Source: Oikopleura dioica | Lineage: Eukaryota; Animalia; Chordata | Length of the DNA: 64,000 nucleotides | NCBI GenBank assembly: GCA_907165135.1 | Contig: OU015570.1 | Span: 2,501,929-2,565,928, forward strand | Direction of reading: 5' to 3' | Position numbers and translations under genes: made by a program | Shown: positions 58,480-64,000 of the stretch, piece by piece | Layout of the letters: the number at the start of each line of letters is the position of its first letter | Position numbering within the stretch: position 1 is the first letter of the stretch | The notes under the pieces: generated by a model | Seen by the model: only the letters and a program-made list of their open reading frames with translations | Told to the model about the DNA's origin: nothing | Database searches by the model: none

Positions 58480-59340
58480 ACAATCAAACGCGTACAAATA
58501 GGAAACATTTGACGGGTTCAATGTTATTAGAAGTCCAGAAGCTTAATCTTCGACGTCAGCGGTAGTCTTGCCAAGTGTTTTTCCGTCCAGTTCGTAGAAC
58601 ACAGCATTTCTTTTTATCAGCTCGTTCATTGAGTGAGCCAATAATTTTTCGATTTTCGAAGATGATTCTTCCATCAATTTTTTCATTTTGTCATATGATG
58701 GGATCAAGGGGCCGATCTGTTTTTTGTCACCGCCTCCAAGCTCGGATACGCATTCCAATAGACTCCGCATTTCAGAGCTAATATATATTTATTGCTTTTA
58801 ATAAAGAGGATGTTTCAAACCTTTCAACCATTGAAAAAGAAACAAATTTCGAAGCGCAAATATTGACGCATAATTGGGCGACCTCAATTTTTTTTTTCTT
58901 CTGAAATGAATTTTTTCTTCGTCAAAAAATTTTCAATGGATGGCTGGGGGACTTTTGCTGTCTTGGGAAAGTGGTTTCGATTGATATGTTTTTCAACAAG
59001 TTGCTAAGAGTTACTCTCATAAATTTTTATTTCAAATATATTATTACTTTTGCCCAGCAATCATTATTTCCCTTACGCGCGTAGAAAAAATTATTTTTGG
59101 ATGCGCATCCCCCTTGGCATTTCATGTATCCATTCCATCGGCCATTCTCTTTGACAAGTAGAAATCCATCGATTCTAGCTCCCTCGCGTCTTTTATCTCC
59201 TATTATTCCATCGATTCTCTCGCCTGTAAGTTGCTCCTCTGTTTTATTATTGTCAGTTGTTTTCATCTTTTTTTGATTCGCCTGCGACTCTTGATCAGAA
59301 TCATTCTCTGACTGGCGTCTTTTTGAATTTTCAGACATTT
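58480..59340 (-). pseudogene. Decayed hAT transposase N-terminal half
   Basis: BED-finger-like WNGYMKCQGGC..F..RKGN; Hermes-like G..D....LIPS..KMKK segment. Confidence 0.5.
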
Positions 59341-59484
59341 TTATTTGTTGAAAATGAAAATCACTGCAGTAAATAATTGTCAATTCTAGAGACGAAAATA
59401 ACCATTTGAATCGAATTTTCTCGAAGAAAGTTGTTTACCTCGCACAAAAAAGGCTTTTTTGTAAATATATTTAAATTCTAGAGC

Positions 59485-59712
59485 GGTGTTTTCATTCATC
59501 ACGGGCGTTCCCAGAAAACTATCATCAATAAGGAAACAGGGAAACAGTTTCCCTATTTCCCTTTCTCGAAAAATTCCTGTTTCCCTGTTTCCTTGTTTCC
59601 CACTCTCAGCAGAAATGCGTGTTTCCCTGTTTCCCGGTTCCCTGTCAAACAGGGAAACAGGGAAACTGTTTCCCATTTTAGGGAAACAGGGAAACACAAA
59701 TTTGGAACACTG
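59485..59712. repeat. GGGAAACAG/CTGTTTCCC inverted repeat array (MITE-like)
   Basis: Multiple copies in both orientations. Confidence 0.7.
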
Positions 59713-59869
59713 GCCCCACAAGCAGTATTTTGGGGTATTTGGAAACGTATTTTTATCACAAGAAACAAACAAGTGAATTCATAATAGTTTTCCCCCGAAT
59801 AAATAGGAAAACTAATTAAGCAGTAGATTAACGCAAAAAATCTCTGCTCTTGTAAAATATTCGGTCAAA

Positions 59870-60262
59870 ATGGGAGTTGGGCTTTTTCATACATATTATC
59901 TTGCCGAAGAATTTTTAAGAATGAATGCAAAACGAGCGATTTTTGAAATAGAAAATCAAGTTTTGCTAGCTTCTGAAAGTTATTGGCTCATTTCGAAGTT
60001 TCGAAAGCAAGACATTGCGTCCAGCGTGACCAGTTCAGACATGGTAAAAATATACTAAGTCCTTCGAGGACTTTGATGGGAAAACAATCAAAAATTCTCC
60101 ATTTTTCACGCGTCTATACAAAATGTCTTTTTGGACCGTGTATTCATGTCCATTGACCTTTGTTATTGAACCGGGTGTGACCTTCTTGCGAATTTCTGAG
60201 GAGGAAGTGTCATAGGCACACACTTCGGGAGGCACCATCATTTTCGCGGCTGAAAGCGCCAC
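59870..60262 (-). pseudogene. pol: Ty3/gypsy integrase N-terminal fragment
   Basis: KDILYRR..LIVFP..VYFYHV.TGHAGRNVL resembles element B YHVVTGHSGRKVL. Confidence 0.6.
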
Positions 60263-60740
60263 TATGAATTTTAAGGATGCTATCTATAGATTCGAAGAAG
60301 CTCCACTCACCTTCACCGGTTCGTTTCTATCGTAGAATTCTATCGTAGAATTCCATTCGAAGATGAGCCAAGAACTACCTATCACGTGCCATGGTCCCGA
60401 TCCAGTCATCCTTGACTTGCCATCATTTCCCAAAATAAACTGCACTATAAATATTGAAATCAAAGAAACGATTGATTTCGATTTTGACTTCAAAGAGGTC
60501 AACATCGAAGAGATTGAGAAAAACTTAACCATTTCTCAAATCTCGTCCGAAATTGATTCGATTGAATTGAACCTAAGCCAAATTGACAGCAAACTTATGC
60601 GCCAAATTATTTCATATTCTTGTCTTTCTGGAGCACTTGTCATCGCCTTTGCTCTAATCATCTTTTTAGGGTGCAAAAAGATGCAAACAACAGTCATTAA
60701 AATTCGCGGCGAATTAAACAATGTGAGACCCTTATTATGA
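60263..60740 (+). pseudogene. env: Env-like C-terminal fragment with TM segment
   Basis: Cys motif, heptad-like membrane-proximal region, TM IISYSCLSGALVIAFALIIFLGC; layout parallels ORF 51754-52242. Confidence 0.55.
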
Positions 60741-61053
60741 CTTGTTAGTCCAAACAAGTTCAATCTTTGCTTAAAAATGAAATCTCGACAATTTTTTTCC
60801 CATTCTCACTTGGGATATTTTTTTTCTCACATTTGTGGGCTACAAAGGAATTGATATCATTCCTTTTCCTTGTGATCGCTGTCAAATATTTTTGTTTTCC
60901 TGATTTCGGAATAAACATATAAATTATTTTCGCACCGAAGGTTCAAATGAGTTCAGTGACAGGGATTCGACTTTCTTACTCATTTTTTTTTCAAGTGAAT
61001 TACAAGCAAAGAACAGGTGCTAAGTAAACCAATAAACATGGAAAACTTAAATA

Positions 61054-61452
61054 CAGTTAATTATGGAATTTTTGGACATTTTTTGTCCCAAGATTTTCGC
61101 GAAAATGTCCATAAATTTGGTACACGCGGCCAAAAAAAATATCCCATCCAAATCGCTTAAAAAATTTTTTTTGAGAAAAATCTCCATCATTCTTTGTTTA
61201 ATCCTTCTTCTAAAGACAAAAAATGTTTTAGGGGTACGAGATCAACCTTCAATCTTATCTTTCTCAAAGAAAAAGTAAGATTTTAATATGAAAAAACTTC
61301 ATATCTGGCAAAAATAACAGAAAATTTAAAAATACGGCGCAGAAAATGTCCAAAAATTTGATACGGGCACTTTTGAAAAGTGTCCCAAGAAAACCCCATA
61401 AAATAGCAAAAATGTCCAAAAATTTGATGTCCAAAAATTCCATAAAAAACTG
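61054..61452. mobile_element. Tc1/mariner-type MITE
   Basis: TA|CAGTTAATTATGGAATTTTTGGACAT ... ATGTCCAAAAATTCCATAAAAAACTG|TA. Confidence 0.88.
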
Positions 61453-61593
61453 TACGTATGTTCCCTTAGTTCTGAGTCATTTTTGGGACTCGTGTTTCTT
61501 TTGCTATTGAAATTTGACAACGAAAGACAAGTAATTTGAAGCCAAATATATTATTAGAAATTTAGAGCCGAAATAGACAGTTTTAGGACAGAA

Positions 61594-61968
61594 TTATTTT
61601 TTCAAACGAAATTTTGGTAGGAGCGGGGATTGATGGTCAATATCGCCCTTGACTCCCTTAAGTGATCGGTGACCAATCGCCGCCTTTCTTGCCATTTCTT
61701 TGAGCCGCCGTTTCTCGCGCTCCTTGCAGTTGACCTTGTCGACATTCGCGCAAAAGTTCGGGAAGTTTCGGCAGAGATAGTCCAGTGTGAAGTATTTCTC
61801 ATCAATGTTGAAATTCTCCATGCGCATCAACAAACTCAGTGACATTCCAGCTGTTCGAGCAAGTCCACCGTGACGCTCTCGAATCGCTATATTCATCGCC
61901 TTCTTTTCTTCTGGCTTGACAAGCAAAGCCAGTTTAGCTTCCTTTGAAAGCTTAGCAGAATTTGACAT
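61594..61968 (-). CDS. Unknown 124-aa ORF/exon
   Basis: GC-richer, protein-like open frame in AT-rich context; no motif recognised. Confidence 0.35.
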   Translation of the reverse strand: MSNSAKLSKEAKLALLVKPEEKKAMNIAIRERHGGLARTAGMSLSLLMRMENFNIDEKYFTLDYLCRNFPNFCANVDKVNCKEREKRRLKEMARKAAIGHRSLKGVKGDIDHQSPLLPKFRLKK

Positions 61969-61999
61969 TTCCGGTTTAAAATGGGAAATTTACTGATTT

Positions 62000-63000
62000 G
62001 AATTTTTCGATAATGAATGTGACTTTCCGCCGCTTATTAACCCTCTCGTGTTCACTCACTGTAAATAAAACCAATTTTATGACCTACTCCGCGTAGTTCG
62101 ATTCTTATCTGCCAAAACATCAGTGCGCATCACTGTAAACATTCGCTTTTTGACATACTTTCTTGTTCTCATTTGATCTTTATCCTTATTCTGATTTTAT
62201 GATACTTACAATCTTACTGTATATAAAATTATCTTTTCCCTCAAAAAATTTATCTGTAGGAGGGGTGAAGTGGTGCCAACTAGGCCGATTTCCTCGTTTG
62301 TCACAATTCTAGTGACAGTTACGGCCCGCGCCCCACTGCACACCTTACGCGGCGACCACTCTGACCAGTTCCACCTCGCTTGCCAGATTGGCAGTCCCAT
62401 CCATCACACTTTTACGCCTTCTGCACAACCCTGGTGCCACCATTTTTCACTCTCTCTCTATCGCCAAGCCACCTAGAATCCCAACCCTTGATAACTTTCT
62501 GTACAGCCATTTTTCGGCATTCACTTTTCCCAATATACTTGGTCCTCAGTGACCCCAATAATTGTCGAGTCCTTTTTGCGGCCCAGTTGAAACCTTTCAG
62601 GGTGCAAGACAGATATTCACGTCTTTGACTGACCGTCCGTAATAATTGAACATACCCATGACTTTTTGAGCTTCCTTTACCGTTGTAGGATATTTGACTT
62701 TGGTCAAAATTTCAACTTTACTAGGATCTGCGGTAACACCGTCTTCGCTTATGTAATATCCCAAAAATTTAGATTTTTCTGAAAAGAATGATGATTTACC
62801 AAGGGAAATAACTAAATTATGCTCACATAGCCACCAAGTACCACGTCCACTGCCTCACCACTTTGGATCGGCACCACTTTGTACATTATTTCTTTGCCCT
62901 GTACTGTTGGTTGTGGCCGAATTGTTGGGCTTTGAATGTGATTGGAATAGGACCGTTTGTGGTAGAGAGTGGCTGTGACGAAGAGACTAGGATTGGGCTG
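62000..63000 (-). pseudogene. pol: Decayed Ty3/gypsy pol fragment (PR-like piece fused to RT thumb)
   Basis: KSKFLGYYISEDGVTADPSKV..YPTTVKEAQKVMGMFNYYGR; DVVLGG upstream. Confidence 0.7.
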
Positions 63001-63580
63001 ACATGATCTCCACTTGAGCTTGGCGATTTTGATGAGCAGCAGAAAGATTCTTATCCCAAGGGTGATCTTAGTTGGACATGCACTCGTTCGGATTCACAAA
63101 TCGATTCTTAAGCTCAGAGTGGTGGCAATTTTAGCCCCAAAACTGGTTAAGTTTGAATTAAAAGAAAGAAAAAATAAACAGAAAAAATCATTTGTGACAA
63201 AAATTTGCTCAAGCAAAAGTTGAACTTTATAACAAAATAAATCTTCGATTTTTCTTGCTCTGCGGATTTTCTCATGCATCGAATCAGTAAAATCATTTTT
63301 CGGAAAAGAAACGAATCTTCATTTTGATTCATGATCGAACGACGAATCAGATACATTAAAATCACTTCTTCGGACCAAAATCCTGACCCCAATGTTTTTC
63401 GTTCTTATCTTGTAGTTCAGGTTCTGGGGAGTCGAATGGTATAATTTTTATAGGTCGGTTATACTATATTATATAGGGTTCTAGAGCTATAAGTACGTGA
63501 AAATAACAAGTACTGAAGCCTCAGAACTCTGAAACTTTCTTTATAAAGTATAGTGATTTTGGGCTCTTTCGAAAGCGCAG

Positions 63581-63716
63581 CTCAAACTGTGGTTGGGCAG
63601 ACTATGCACGACGTAAAATTTTTTGAAAAAAATTTTGAGTGGAAAGTTTTTTGGCTTAAAAAATTTTTCTGTTGAGAATTATCGGCTGCCCACCAACTGC
63701 CCAACCACAGTTTGAG
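63581..63716. repeat. 20-bp inverted repeat pair (MITE-like)
   Basis: CTCAAACTGTGGTTGGGCAG / CTGCCCAACCACAGTTTGAG. Confidence 0.7.
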
Positions 63717-64000
63717 TCGGGCTTTCCAATGATACCTATATGTCCATACTTTCTTTGAAAATTTTCGGAGATATAGGGCTTCACTAGAATTTTTCAATAG
63801 GGGCGCCTATGACGTCATTAATGATGACTCAGGCCCTCAAAGGTATATGAATCGACTCCTCAGGAGCTGCCCTTTCGAATGAGCATAAGAAAGATGGAGG
63901 ATAGAATTTTCTTCCGAAGAAGTGATTTTCATGTATCATCCGAGCGCGGCGCGCATTTTTTGAGAAGGACGATGATGAATGAAAATGACATTTTCGGGAC

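Noticed and set aside
13088-59712. Short repeat arrays (13088, 54731, 57460, 59520) as CRISPR-like
   Set aside because: No unique spacers, no cas genes, eukaryotic context; they are minisatellites or MITE subterminal repeats.

Overview
Eukaryotic (animal) nuclear DNA with no prokaryotic features: a transposon nest around one compact gene cluster. Short 32-51 nt GT-AG introns, splice acceptors just before start codons and env-bearing Ty3/gypsy elements with TGGTGA(C) primer sites suggest an appendicularian tunicate (Oikopleura-like, Tor-like elements); this is inference, and a nematode-like host is not excluded. Many frameshifts fall in homopolymers and may be long-read errors. Main content: (1) a solo LTR with polypurine tract (PPT) at 347-1246; (2) a reconstructable Penelope-like element (PLE, ~2040-10830, minus strand) with hammerhead ribozyme motifs in both pseudo-LTRs, interrupted by a piggyBac-type MITE, a captured intron-containing 5-oxoprolinase fragment and a young pol-less LTR element (D, 5594-9972); (3) a dense ~8 kb cluster (14.0-21.9 kb) of about nine small, spliced, mostly orphan genes on both strands, including a RING protein, directly abutting the integrase of LTR element A; (4) three nested Ty3/gypsy elements: A (minus, PR and most of RT lost) contains B (plus, gag-pol-env, TA...TA LTRs, 26512-52855), which contains C (minus, 41661-48617, integrase with a SAP/HeH-like tail); (5) a complex near-identical tandem duplication at 23481-39299; (6) many Tc1/mariner-, hAT-, piggyBac- and Mutator-type MITEs plus decayed hAT transposase, integrase, env and pol fragments at the right end.
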